Source of the DNA: Macrostomum lignano
Lineage: Eukaryota
Assembly: GCA_002269645.1 (NCBI GenBank)
Contig: NIVC01000733.1
Location: forward strand, 1-64,000
Reading direction: 5' to 3'
Length of the DNA: 64,000 bases
Part shown: piece by piece, positions 51,986 through 64,000 of the stretch
How positions within the stretch are numbered: position 1 is the stretch's first letter
Layout: each line of letters opens with the position of its first letter
The notes under the pieces: model-generated
The model's input: the letters and a program-made list of their open reading frames with translations, nothing else
Databases searched by the model: none
What the model was told of the DNA's origin: nothing
Program-made: the position numbers and the translations under genes

Positions 51986-53100
51986 TGCCACATCTTCTCT
52001 GATTCCATATCTTCTCTGATGCCACATCTTCTCTGATTCCATATCTTCTCTGATCCCACATATTTGATTCCACATCTTCTCTGATCGCATATCTTCTCTG
52101 ATCCCATATCTTCTCTGATCCCATATCTTCTCTGATCCCACATCTTCTCTGATCCCACATCTTCTCTGATCCCACATCTTCTCTGATCCCACATCTTCTC
52201 TGATTCCACATCTTCTCTGATCCCACATCTTCTCTGATCCCACATCTTCTCTGATTCCACATCTTCTCTGATTCCACATCTTCTCTGATCCCACATCTCT
52301 GATTCCACATTTTCTCTGATTCCACATCTTCTCTGATCCCACATCTTCTCTGATTCCACATCTTCTCTGATTCCACATCTTCTCTGATCCCACATCTTCT
52401 CTGATCCCACATCTTCTCTGATCCCACATCTTCTCTGATCCCACATCTTCTCTGATTCCACATTTTCTCTGATTCCACATCTTCTCTGATCCCACATCTT
52501 CTCTGATTCCACATCTTCTCTGATTCCACATCTTCTCTGATCCCACATCTTCTCTGATCCCACATCTTCTCTGATCCCACATCTTCTCTGATCCCACATC
52601 TTCTCTGATTCCACATCTTCTCTGATCCCACATCTTCTCTGATCCCACATCTTCTCTGATTCAACATCTTCTCTGATCCCACATCTCTGATTCCACATCT
52701 TCTCTGATCCCACATCTCTGATTCCACATCTCTGATTTCACATTTTCTCTGATCCCACATCTCTGATTCCACATCTTCTCTGATCCCACTTCTCTGATTC
52801 CACATCTCTGATTCCACATTTTCTCTGATTCCACATCTTCTCTGATCCCACATCTTCTCTGATCCCACATCTTCTCTGATCCCACATCTTCTCTGATCCC
52901 ACATCTTCTCTGATTCCACATCTTCTCTGATTCCACATCTTCTCTGATTCCACATCTTCTCTGATTCCACATCTTCTCTGATTCCACATCTTCTCTGATT
53001 CCACATCTTCTCTGATTCCACATCTCTGATTCCACATCTTCTCTGATACCACATCTTCTCTGATCCCACATCTTCTCGGATACCACATCTCTGATCCCAA
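51986..53100. repeat. 17-bp minisatellite (CACATCTTCTCTGATCC)n, ~65 copies
   Basis: Direct reading; 17-aa periodicity in the ORF track. Confidence 0.95.
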
Positions 53101-53302
53101 ATCAATTTTATCCCAATAATTGTATCCCATTTTCCTGAAGTTTATTCGGCAAATAAGAGTCCCTTTTATCCCAAATCATTGAAATATTCTTCTTCATCGT
53201 CTTGATTTTCAAAACCGCTCAAGTCAATAAATCTTTAACTACTCATAAATCTTCTAATCGCAGTCTTTCTCACATTCTATAAACATTTCAATCTCAGTTC
53301 TA

Positions 53303-53926
<624 letters not shown>

Positions 53927-54772
53927 TCACATTTACATACATAAATAGGCTTCATCCAGAGGCAGCTGGCAAGCAAGCCGGTAGCAAGCGAGCTTGCAGA
54001 AACACAGATCCGATACAGCGCAACAAACACAGAAACAGTCACAGGAAAACTTAGAGCGGCAGAAACTTTATCTTTTGGTCTCATGGTTTCCATCAACTTA
54101 GATGCGCAATAAGAATAGCATTAGATTACTGTATGTATAGATTTTGATTATTATTTCGCTAAACAACCACTGGTACAGTAAACGCTATGCATAGGATGTA
54201 AAAAACATCTTTCTAAACGGTCCTAAGAATTTCTTTCCTTCTTGGAAAATTGGTTGCAATTTTGCTAACTACAGTCAAACTGTTTGCAAATCATTTACAA
54301 TCCAATAGGACTTGCGATCTTCCTGTACTATTCTAGGAAACATCCTTAGAAATAGAGGTGTACTTGGGCTCAGTGTGGTAAGTCTTAAACCGGTTTACCT
54401 AAAATGCTGGGACTCTGGGACTAATTTACAGTTTTTCATGGATTTGTTAAGCCCTTGTATAGCATTGCAGGGAAGAGGGAGAGAGAGAGCTGACTGCGGT
54501 CGTGCCTGTCAATGCCGCCCATCCATCCGTCTTTGTCACCCTCTACAGCGTTGAAACACAGTCGCTCCAGTATGTGGGATAGTTAGGGGGTGTAAAATTT
54601 CTGTATTTCGCATTAGTTTTCTCTTAACTGTGGGGCATTCCTTTTTCTGCAGACCAAGATGCTGCTGCTGTTGCTGCTGCTGCTGTAATATACTTTTTGG
54701 GCTTGCGCCTGCAGCTTGTTATAAGAGTGGATCTTGTTAGCAGGGTGATGGGTCATTAGATATGGATGTACA

Positions 54773-55192
<420 letters not shown>

Positions 55193-55226
55193 TTATATTT
55201 AGATAGATCTATAAACGAAGAATTAC

Positions 55227-55275
55227 CTCTATGTCTATTAGTAGTCTTGTCCATCATCAGTTCGCAGCTTTCAAT
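55227..55275 (-). CDS. msi: Musashi RRM2 middle exon (IESCELMMDKTTNRHR-G)
   Basis: Matches VEDAMLMFDKTTNRHRG. Acceptor TTCGTTTTCAG, donor AG|GTAATT, 49 nt, phase 0 to 1. Confidence 0.93.
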
Positions 55276-55936
55276 CTGAAAACGAATTACCGGGTTTAGA
55301 AATAGTTAATCTAATAAATTATTAGAATTTAAAAAAAAACAGATTACGTCATTTTAGCATTTCAAATACAAAATTAATATCTCAATCTGAGTAGTACATA
55401 AGAAGTCCTTCGGAACAATGAAACAATATCGCTGATTGAAATAATTGCCCTAAAGCATTTCGCATGTCTCAGAGCTTTCACAAACTAACAGAAACTTCAC
55501 AAACTAATAGCAACTTCACAAACTAATTGACAATTCACAAACTTATAGTAACTTCACAAATTTATAAAGTAGCTCCCTGTCTATCAGCATGGCAGATGCA
55601 CCACTTAACAAGGCTAATAACTTTATACACAGGTCAGGTAAAAAAAATTCTAGAAAAACAGGTGCGTCTTTCTGTGTGCGTGAACATCCGCTTACATAGG
55701 AAAATGTGTTCTATCATTAAGCTTACTCTGTACACATAGCACTGGGTTCTAGAAATGAATTAACTGATATTATACGCAGAGCTCAGCTCGTGCCAAGGCC
55801 TCAAGTTAGACATTGGCAACACGCGGACGCAGAGTGGGACTGGGTGAGAAAGCTTTATAATGGGATGCTGGAGTTGGCGTTGCTAATGTCAACCTTGCGC
55901 GTGACCACGACAGGAAATGGATGCAGGCACTGGGAT

Positions 55937-56051
<115 letters not shown>

Positions 56052-56254
56052 TTAAGTTAAAGTCGTCGACTGACTGACTTGAGTGACGCGGGCAACTTAA
56101 CGAAGAGAAGAGTGTAGGACTCTTTAAGGAGTTTCTCTAGGACTCGGAGGAAGTTCGGAAAGGTTGCAAAGAGTATAAAATTTAGTAAGATTCTGCTTCA
56201 GCTAACAGGCGGGTGTGATAGAGGATCGAGTGAATTTTACGGAGTGAAAAGACG

Positions 56255-57450
56255 GACAGATGGAACAAGGGAGAGTGACAGATGGAACGGGGGAGAGTGA
56301 CAGATGGAACGGGGAGAGTGACATATGGAATGGGGTAGTGACAGATAGAACGGGGGAGAGGGACATGTTATGGGAGAGAGTGACAGATAGAACGGGGAGA
56401 GTGACATATGGAATGGGGGAGAGTGACAAATGGAATGGGGAGTGACATATGGAATGGGGGAGAGTGACATATGGAATGGGGGAGAGTGACGTATGGAACG
56501 GGGGAGAGTGACAGATGGAATGGGGGAGAGTGACAGATGGAATGGGGGAGAGTGACATATGGAATGGGGGAGAGTGACAGATGGAATGGGGGAGAGTGAC
56601 AGATGGAATGGGGGAGAGTGACATATGGAATGGGGGAGAGTGACAGATGGAATGGGGGAGAGTGACAGATGGAATGGGGGAGAGTGACAGATGGAATGGG
56701 GGAGAGTGACAGATGGAATGGGGGAGAGTGACAGATGGAATGGGGGAGAGTGACATATGGAATGGGGGAGAGTGACAGATGGAATGGGGGAGAGTGACAG
56801 ATGGAATGGGGGAGAGTGACAGATGGAATGGGGGAGAGTGACATATGGAATGGGGAGAGTGACAGATGGAATGGGGGAGAGTGACAGATGGAATGGGGGA
56901 GAGTGACAGATGGAATGGGGAGAGTGACAGATGGAATGGGGAGAGTGACATATGGAATGGGGGAGAGTGACATATGGAATGGGGGAGAGTGACAGATGGA
57001 ATGGGGGAGAGTGACAGATGGAATGGGGGAGAGTGACAGATGGAATGGGGGAGAGTGACAGATGGAATGGGGAGAGTGACATATGGAATGGGGAGAGTGA
57101 CATATGGAATGGGGGAGAGTGATAGATGGAATGGGGGAGAGTGACAGATGGAATGGGGGAGAGTGACAGATGGAATGGGGGAGAGTGACATATGGAATGG
57201 GGGAGAGTGACAGATGGAATGGGGGAGAGTGACAGATGGAATGGGGGAGAGTGATAGATGGAATGGGGGAGAGTGACAGATGGAATGGGGGAGAGTGATA
57301 GATGGAATGGGGGAGAGTGACAGATGGAATGGGGGAGAGTGACAGATGGAATGGGGAGAGTGACAGATGGAATGGGGAGAGTGACAGATGGAATGGGGAG
57401 AGTGACAGGTGGAACGGGAAGTGACAGAAAAAATGGGAAAGAGTGACAGA
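56255..57450. repeat. 22-bp purine-rich minisatellite (GAGAGTGACAGATGGAATGGGG)n, ~50 copies
   Basis: Direct reading. Confidence 0.95.
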
Positions 57451-58463
57451 TAAAAGGTATTAGAAAGTTAGGAGTGAAAGGAGAGTGAGAGATTAATAGT
57501 AAAGAAATGTAACGAACTTATGCCAGAATAAATTAACGTCAATGTAAACGAGAAGCGAACGCCTCAACACACACTAAGCATCTTATTTTTCTCGCGACTT
57601 TCGTCTGCTTTTTCGTGCTTTTCTTTTCTTTCTGCACAGTTTAAAATTTCTTAAATTAAACGAACTCAGTAAACTTGAACTCATAGCTAATGGATATGTC
57701 AAAGCCATTATAGCTACCCTTCTAACTCAGTCTTCTAATGCGAATTAATGAATTTATTGCAACTCTTTCTTGACTAGTGCAAGCTACCGCACAATGACTA
57801 AAGCAGAAATTTTTTTGACACTTTATGCCCGTACAATGTTAGGCTGCCGCTATGCGAGCTAAAAATTGCCATTACTGTATGAAGGCATTTAATAATAAGC
57901 TTGAAATTTTACATTGTTAAAAGACAGAATCTATCCCAAGCTCGAATCTTAAAACGAATTCGACTATGTAAAAGTTTTCGAACTTGCAAAAGCGATCCTG
58001 GCTGAGCAACCAACATGTGATGTACGAGCGTAAAACAAGTCTCAGACTTGAAAACTTTTCAACGCGAGAGATGCCAAATTAAAGGCCAGCCCCCGCCGAG
58101 ACTAAATTAAAATTAATAAAATAAAGATCGTGCTAAAGTGGCTATTATGTGGCCCCACAGACCGACTAAGGTAATTGCAATAAGTTTAACAAATTATTCA
58201 AGGGCCTGCATGCAGAAAAGAGCAGCGAAATGAACGTAGATAAGCGGCGGGGGCCATTTAGCTAGCTAACGGTTGAATTCAATTGAATGCGTGGAGTTCG
58301 CGATTTATTTAATTTTAATCGTTTCGTCGTGTTTAATCGATTTAGACAAAAAGAGGCAATTCGATATCACCGTTAGTACAACGATATTGTTGTTAATTGG
58401 AAATAAAAAGCTATGTTAAGCAATAAAACGTTTTGTAGAAAAAGTAAAACAAGCGGAACTCAC

Positions 58464-58559
58464 CTTGCCAAACTTGCAGAAATGCTCCTTCAATTCGTCC
58501 GCAGTCGTGCTGTTGCTTATACCGCCAACGAATACTTTCTTGGTCTTCTGCAGTTGCTG
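58464..58559 (-). CDS. msi: Musashi RRM2 N-terminal exon
   Basis: [32 protein letters not shown] matches TKKIFVGGLS (RNP2). NAGNAG acceptor (start 58559 or 58556), donor AAG|GTGAGT, phase 0. Confidence 0.93.
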
Positions 58560-60843
58560 CTGTTGCGTTAGAGACAAATTGTTAGATATTAATGACGGAT
58601 TTGGTAGGCTTAGACTTGGCGCTATTGATGTGTACATTTTATAACGCTTTTCTTTGTAGCAAGGATTTGGGACAATAGAAGCTGGGTGACCAAGTCTGTG
58701 CTCGTACTTTCCTCTGTTTTCAGCTCAATTTCTACTTAAATTAATAAGATCGATAAGAGAAAGTGGGTGAAAGGCGACACCCTATATATTGAGACTGAGT
58801 AAAACCTTGATAATGCTTAGATAATAATTAGGCAGTCACTTCCTTCGCTTTTCTGTTCTAAACAAGGCTAAGGGCAACAAAACCAAAATACGAGCCGAAC
58901 GCCGCCGGACCAGCAGGAGATCCGAAGTGTGAAAATTTTATCAGAAAATTGGGGCTGGGTTCAACCCGAGAGGAGGCGGTCAGGGTCGGGACTGGGGTGC
59001 TGTTTTAATTGGCTGGCTGGGGGGTCTGAAGCGGGTCGGGGGTAGGGGTTGGCTCAACCCTTTGGGCCTGTGTTGGGGGTTTTTCTCTTGATAGCTTTTT
59101 ACTGAAACTAAATACTAAATATTCGGTAGTCAGTATATTATTAGTAGTAGTGTTAAAAACTAATGTTGACGTTGACTTAGAACGAGTTCTAAGTTCTAGT
59201 AAAATAATTTAAGCGCTAGCCCTTTTAATATTCTGATGATGAGCAAACAGTACAGTTAAAGAAGATTGGAACCTGAATATTATGTGTCCTCCTAATCTAA
59301 ATCTACAGTTAAATGCAAGCTAGAGAAGGCCGTGTGTGTGTGTGTGTGTGTGTCTTCTTTGACGGACAGGCAAGTGGCGTTGTTTGGGGTGGATGGATTC
59401 GGGAGGGGGGTTAGCTGACAGGCACTGCTAAGCAAATGCTTCTGCAACCAGCCTGGAGTGTTTGTGTGTGGTGTGGAGTACCCTAGTGTGAAGAGCTGCA
59501 GGGGCTGAGCAACTGAGCAACTGAGCAACTGAGTAGATTGTGGGGTGCCTAAAGCCTAACAGTGCCTAATACCGCACAGAGAGAGAGAGAGATTGTCTTG
59601 AGCTGATTGCTGCTGCTGCTGCTAAGACCAAGATTGCTTTATAATAGAAGAGTATAAAACTGAGCTTATAGGCTCTAAGGAGGGGTGTGAGAGCGGAGGT
59701 GGAGGGGAATTTCGGCAGGCAGTGTCGACCAGGCGCTTGTCTGCGCGCGCTCGGTGTGCTGGTCCTCTTCTTTTTCTCTTTTGCTGACGTCTCTCTCGGT
59801 TAAACAAATTTTGCTGCTCTTCAAATTTCTTCTTCTGGCTATGGCTCAATACTGCTTGATTATTATATCTCTTTATAAGTTATTAGAGACTTCGATTAGT
59901 TAGGGTTCGCAACTGCAGACTTGCGCCTCGGTCTGCTGAACTATGTGAAATTTCGTAGCCTTTTTCGACCAAATCTTCCTACTTGCTTCCTTCGTCCCAC
60001 TAGCCAGCTCCCTGCTTTTATATCATTTTCCCAATGAAAAAAACCTCATTCTCTCTTCTCTTTCTAGCTCTGCCTCTGCCCTGCTTCACTCCTCTCGACT
60101 CTCGCTCCTCAATTCAGAACCAATTGTTGTAGAAAATTAGGCCCAAGGCCATATACAGACAGACCCGCGGTCAAGTCGAGAGAGAACTTCAAGGCAGGAG
60201 AGTGTCGGTCGGTCGGTCGGGCACACAGACAGGAGGGGAACTCAATTTGAGCTAGGCGGGGCATGACTGCGCTTTTCGAAAATGGTTCGGCATATATAAG
60301 AAGCAGAAATAAAAAAAAGAATTTTCCTCCCTCCCTCCTAAGAGAGAAAAAGCAACTGGCACCGCGGGGATGGACCTTGCTGGCTTGCCCCGAAAAAAAG
60401 CATCAATCAGAGGCAAGGACTTTCTTTTCTCGACTAGCCAGAGAGCTTCCAACAGAAAATACAATCACTTAGATCAATAAGGAGGAAGCTGATTGTATTA
60501 GTGGATACGCCTGGAACTGCCAAACTTGGGGTGTGCCGTGGGACTGGGAGTCCAACAGGCTAGTTAGTTAGCTTGGTATAAAGAGGATTTCGAGGGAAAA
60601 GGGAAAAGAAACGATCCTACCGTCTTTAAATCTACTTCCGATAGAGAAAATCGTATAAAAGTTAAATCGAACTTGTTGTTTAAAATCCGATTAAATTGGC
60701 GGCGTTTTACTACTTACTAGTAGGACATTTTGGAATTTCGATGGCACCAATTCGTAGGAATTAAGTGTTGTGAATCTTTTAAGGGAATTTTTTATTAAAC
60801 TTAAGTTTACAAGTCAGATAAAGAAAAATCAGGAAGGAAATCT

Positions 60844-61256
60844 AAGTAGGTCATCAAGGAAGGGCCAAGTAGGTCAGGAAGGAAGGCCAAGTAGGTCAGG
60901 AAGGAAGGCCAAGTAGGTCAGGAAGGAAGGCCAAGTAGGTCAGGAAGGAAGGCCAAGTAGGTCAGGAAGGAAGGCCAAGTAGGTCAGGAAGGAAGGCCAA
61001 GTAGGTCAGGAAGGAAGGAAGGCCAAATAGGTCAGGAAGGAAGGCCAAGTAGGTCAGGAAGGAAGACCAAGTAGGTCAGGAAAGAAAGCCAAGTAGGTCA
61101 GGAAGGAAGACCAAGTAGGTCAGGAAAGAAAGCCAAGTAGGTCAGGAAAGAAAGCCAAGCAGGTCAGGAAAGAAAGCCAAGTGGGTCAGGAAAGAAAGCC
61201 AAGTAGGTCAGGAAAGAAAGCCAAGTGGGTCAGGAAGAAAGCCAAGTTGGTCAGGA
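60844..61256. repeat. 22-bp minisatellite (GGAAGGAAGGCCAAGTAGGTCA)n, 19 copies
   Basis: Units counted directly. Confidence 0.93.
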
Positions 61257-61536
61257 GAAACAATTAACTGTGTTGTGTTTAACGCTACAGCTTGAAACTC
61301 AGGGTCTGTAACTTTATTTGAATAAAAATATTTTCAATTCTCAAGCTCAATGACATATAGCAGCAGCAGCAGGTTCAGTTGAAGCGCCAAGGTATTGAAG
61401 GTACTCAGATACTGCCATATCTAATCAGAAAATTTCGGCGGTACAAGATCAAAGGTTCCAAATGAGAGGTCACGCAGATTCGAATAAGAAAGAAACGATA
61501 GCTTCAAAATAAATCTCAACACTGCTACATACTTAC

Positions 61537-61559
61537 CAATGAGTCCGAGCTCTTGACAG
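61537..61559 (-). CDS. msi: Candidate 23-nt Musashi microexon in the RRM1-RRM2 linker (xVKSSDSL); RRM1 exons presumably lie beyond the window
   Basis: TGTCCTCTACAG|CTGTCAAGAGCTCGGACTCATTG|GTAAGT; ends in phase 0 as the next exon requires. Confidence 0.45.
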
Positions 61560-63544
61560 CTGTAGAGGACAACATTTTATTTCCTCAGAAATGTGTTGGT
61601 TGGTCTTTGCTTGAACAACTTTGGTCGGTAATAAAAAGCGTTAGAAAATCGCCTATATAGCAATCAATGCCTTTCTGATCTAAAGTGAATATATATGGGC
61701 CTATATAGTTGTGACGTAATTTGTACAGTTGATGTACACCTGCACTTTGATGCGTGCCGGGCGCGTACACAACACCTCGCTATAGGCTTGTTGGGAATCG
61801 ATTCAAATAGATATAGACTTTTTGGAGGAATGCAGTGTGCGGACAACAGCAAGCCTATAGCTATAGCCAGCTGAGAGAGGACTGACAGGTCTTCAAATCT
61901 ATGCAAACCTAACAACTATCCTAATAAATCATGGAGCTGCAGTGCGCGTACTGAGTGGGGGTCTTGGCTATGCTTATACTGCTATATATCTTAGCTGCCT
62001 GCCTCTTTAGACTAGTTCGTTGGGCTACAAGGAGGCCCCCGGGGTCCTTCCTTTTTAACACAAAAAGACCACGGGAGGGGTTGCGTGGGCCTTTGGAGTG
62101 TTAGGAAGAGAGCGACAGAGAGAGAGAGAGGGGGGGGGTGGAGGAAGAGAGAAGTGAAGGAGGAAAATGGGCAAGGGAAAGAATTGAAGGGAGGGTCCCA
62201 ACCCCGCGTGGAAAGACGGCGATTGTTGTGTGTGTACCGGGCCCACCGGAGTCTGTGGTGAACAAGTCTGGAGGAACTCTCTGAGGTGGGTAAAATCAAG
62301 GAGAGAAGGCCAAGTGGTTGGGAAGAGAGAGAGAGGAGAAAAGGTCGGGAGGTTGTGGTTGCCCGGAGCTTGGAAACGAAAAGCCGGCCACCTTCTTCAA
62401 CCAATGCGCCACTGCCTCATCCTGTTACCCCCTCGTCTACCCCCCAAAAAGACGGAACGCCTGCTTGCTCTCATTGAAGAGAAGAGCGCCCAAGACTCCT
62501 CAGACCAGCCTTACCCTAACTAGAGCTTGCTAACCCCCGCCCACCTAAAGTCACGGTCACATCCATGCTTTCGGAGATGCAAGGTAGACAGACAGGCAGA
62601 CAGACAGTCGAGGCATTGGGTTGGGACACACTTTTTTAAAATAAGGTGAACCAAAGAGGGCGATCGACGGGGGTGGGGAGGGAGAAGAAAGGTTGAGACA
62701 GGAAGGCATAGGCTTGAGAAGTTGGAGCAAAAGTTAGTTAGTGGCTAAGAGCGCGATTCTCCTCACTGCGCTAAGCCTCTTTGCCATCAATTGGAGGAGA
62801 AAAAGTGAAGGAGAGATCGAGAGGGAAGCGGTTGGGATGCAGCGCGCAGGCAAGCTGGTTGTAGGCAGAGAGGCAGAGAGACGTGAGCAGAATAGTCTCA
62901 AGGCTTCTAGTTGCGGGGAAAATTAAAAAAAGAAACGTCCCACACCTTTGGCCAAATGCCCACCGCGGCTCTAAAGTCACATCGCCCACACAGAAAAAAA
63001 ACTGCAGGCAGGAAAGCCGCTAGCCAACAGCGACCGGTCAAGCTCCAAGCGTTTCCCAGATTCCTATATAAAACGCTTCCCCCTATAGAGAAAAAGAAGT
63101 TTGTTCTTGGATCGGGTGCAGTGTTTGGATCGATTTTTGAGGAAAATAGAATGTCAACAATTCCCGCGTCTGCACAAGTGAGGCCTGAGGGGCACGCATC
63201 GATGAGGGTGATGGCTGAGAAAGACTCCCCAGTATTGAGACCGCACTTCTGGGAGATGCAGACTCTGCAACCACGGCTTCTTGATCGATTTCCGGACAAT
63301 TTTTTTGCCCGCTGCTGCAAGCAAGCAAAACACAGCAGCAAGAGGAGAGAGAGCGAGAAAGAAAGTAGGCTTAATGGAATGCAGTTTGCACCAGCCAATG
63401 AAGATTAAGATTTGTTTACGATGGAATTTCGCCTTGTTCAAACTGTTCAACTAAGCGCCCCGATCTCCAAGTCTCGCATTTCTGCGTCTTGTAGACTTCA
63501 GAGTGCAGAGCTGGTGCAGCCTGAGTACCAAAACTGCATGATTC

Positions 63545-64000
63545 ACGAACCGACTCTCTTCTCTGACAATCGACTCTCGTCTCTGACAACAGACTCTCGT
63601 ATCTGACAACAGACTCTCTTCTCTGACAACAGACTCTCTTCTCTGACAACCGACTCTCTTCTCTGAAAACCGACTTTCTTCTCTGACAACCGACTTTCTT
63701 CTCTAACAACCGAATCTCTTCTCTGACATTCTTCTCTAACAACCGAATCTCTTCTCTGACAACCGACTCTCTTCTCTGACAACCGACTCTCTTCTCTGAC
63801 AACCCGGCTCTCTTCTCTGACAACCGACTCTCGTCTCTGACAACCGACTCTCGTCTCTGACAACCGACTCTCTTCTCTGACAACCCGACTCTCTTCTCTG
63901 ACAACCGACTTTCTTCTCTGACAACCGAATCTCTTCTCTGACAACCGACTCTCGTATCTGACAACCGACTCTCGTCTCTGACAACCGACTCTCATATCTG
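63545..64000. repeat. 20-bp minisatellite (CTGACAACCGACTCTCTTCT)n, runs off the window end
   Basis: Direct reading. Confidence 0.93.

Noticed and set aside
51645-53105. 486-aa ORF fusing the 17-bp array to a Musashi exon
   Set aside because: Only 51716-51940 has splice signals and phase continuity; the upstream part is satellite.
54654-54709. PolyQ-encoding stretch on the minus strand as a Musashi exon
   Set aside because: It would split the RNP1 motif (RG|FGF) of RRM2 and its donor (GTCTGC) is poor; more likely a CAG microsatellite.
63100-63150. KIDPNTAP on the minus strand as the Musashi RRM1 end (IDPKVAFP)
   Set aside because: No acceptor precedes it and the surrounding frame lacks RRM1 motifs.

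Overview
Animal (invertebrate) genomic DNA, spliceosomal and extremely rich in mini- and microsatellites. The overall texture is compatible with a free-living flatworm such as Macrostomum, but that is inference only. The window has four parts. (1) 5574-22868 (+): a giant CDS with no intron in its unique part. It encodes an N-terminal MGxxxS, a hendecad coiled coil, a complete SecA-type DEAD ATPase motor, a TPR-like segment and a hydrophobic hairpin, then runs into about 95 near-identical copies of a 123-bp unit (12252-23971). That unit is open in two frames. As assembled, a 2-nt-short first junction sends the ORF into an Arg-rich frame, while both substitutions in the array are silent only in the other (Ala/Gly/Ser-rich) frame. 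Every unit also carries splice-donor-like and acceptor-like motifs that could select the frame. (2) Two oppositely oriented copies of an ~0.8-kb TG..CA element (4140-4948 and 27055-27883) bracket this gene. Each has its own 4-bp TSD and histone-stem-loop-like motifs at both ends. (3) A 3-exon MTFP1 gene (28266-33590, +). (4) The 3' two thirds of a Musashi RRM gene (-, ~39470 to beyond 61559), plus a low-confidence unidentified minus-strand gene (34223-38592) interrupted by an array in which nearly every junction reads CAG|GTATGT. No rRNA, tRNA or CRISPR array was recognised. Most long ORFs in the supplied track after 34 kb are repeat artefacts.
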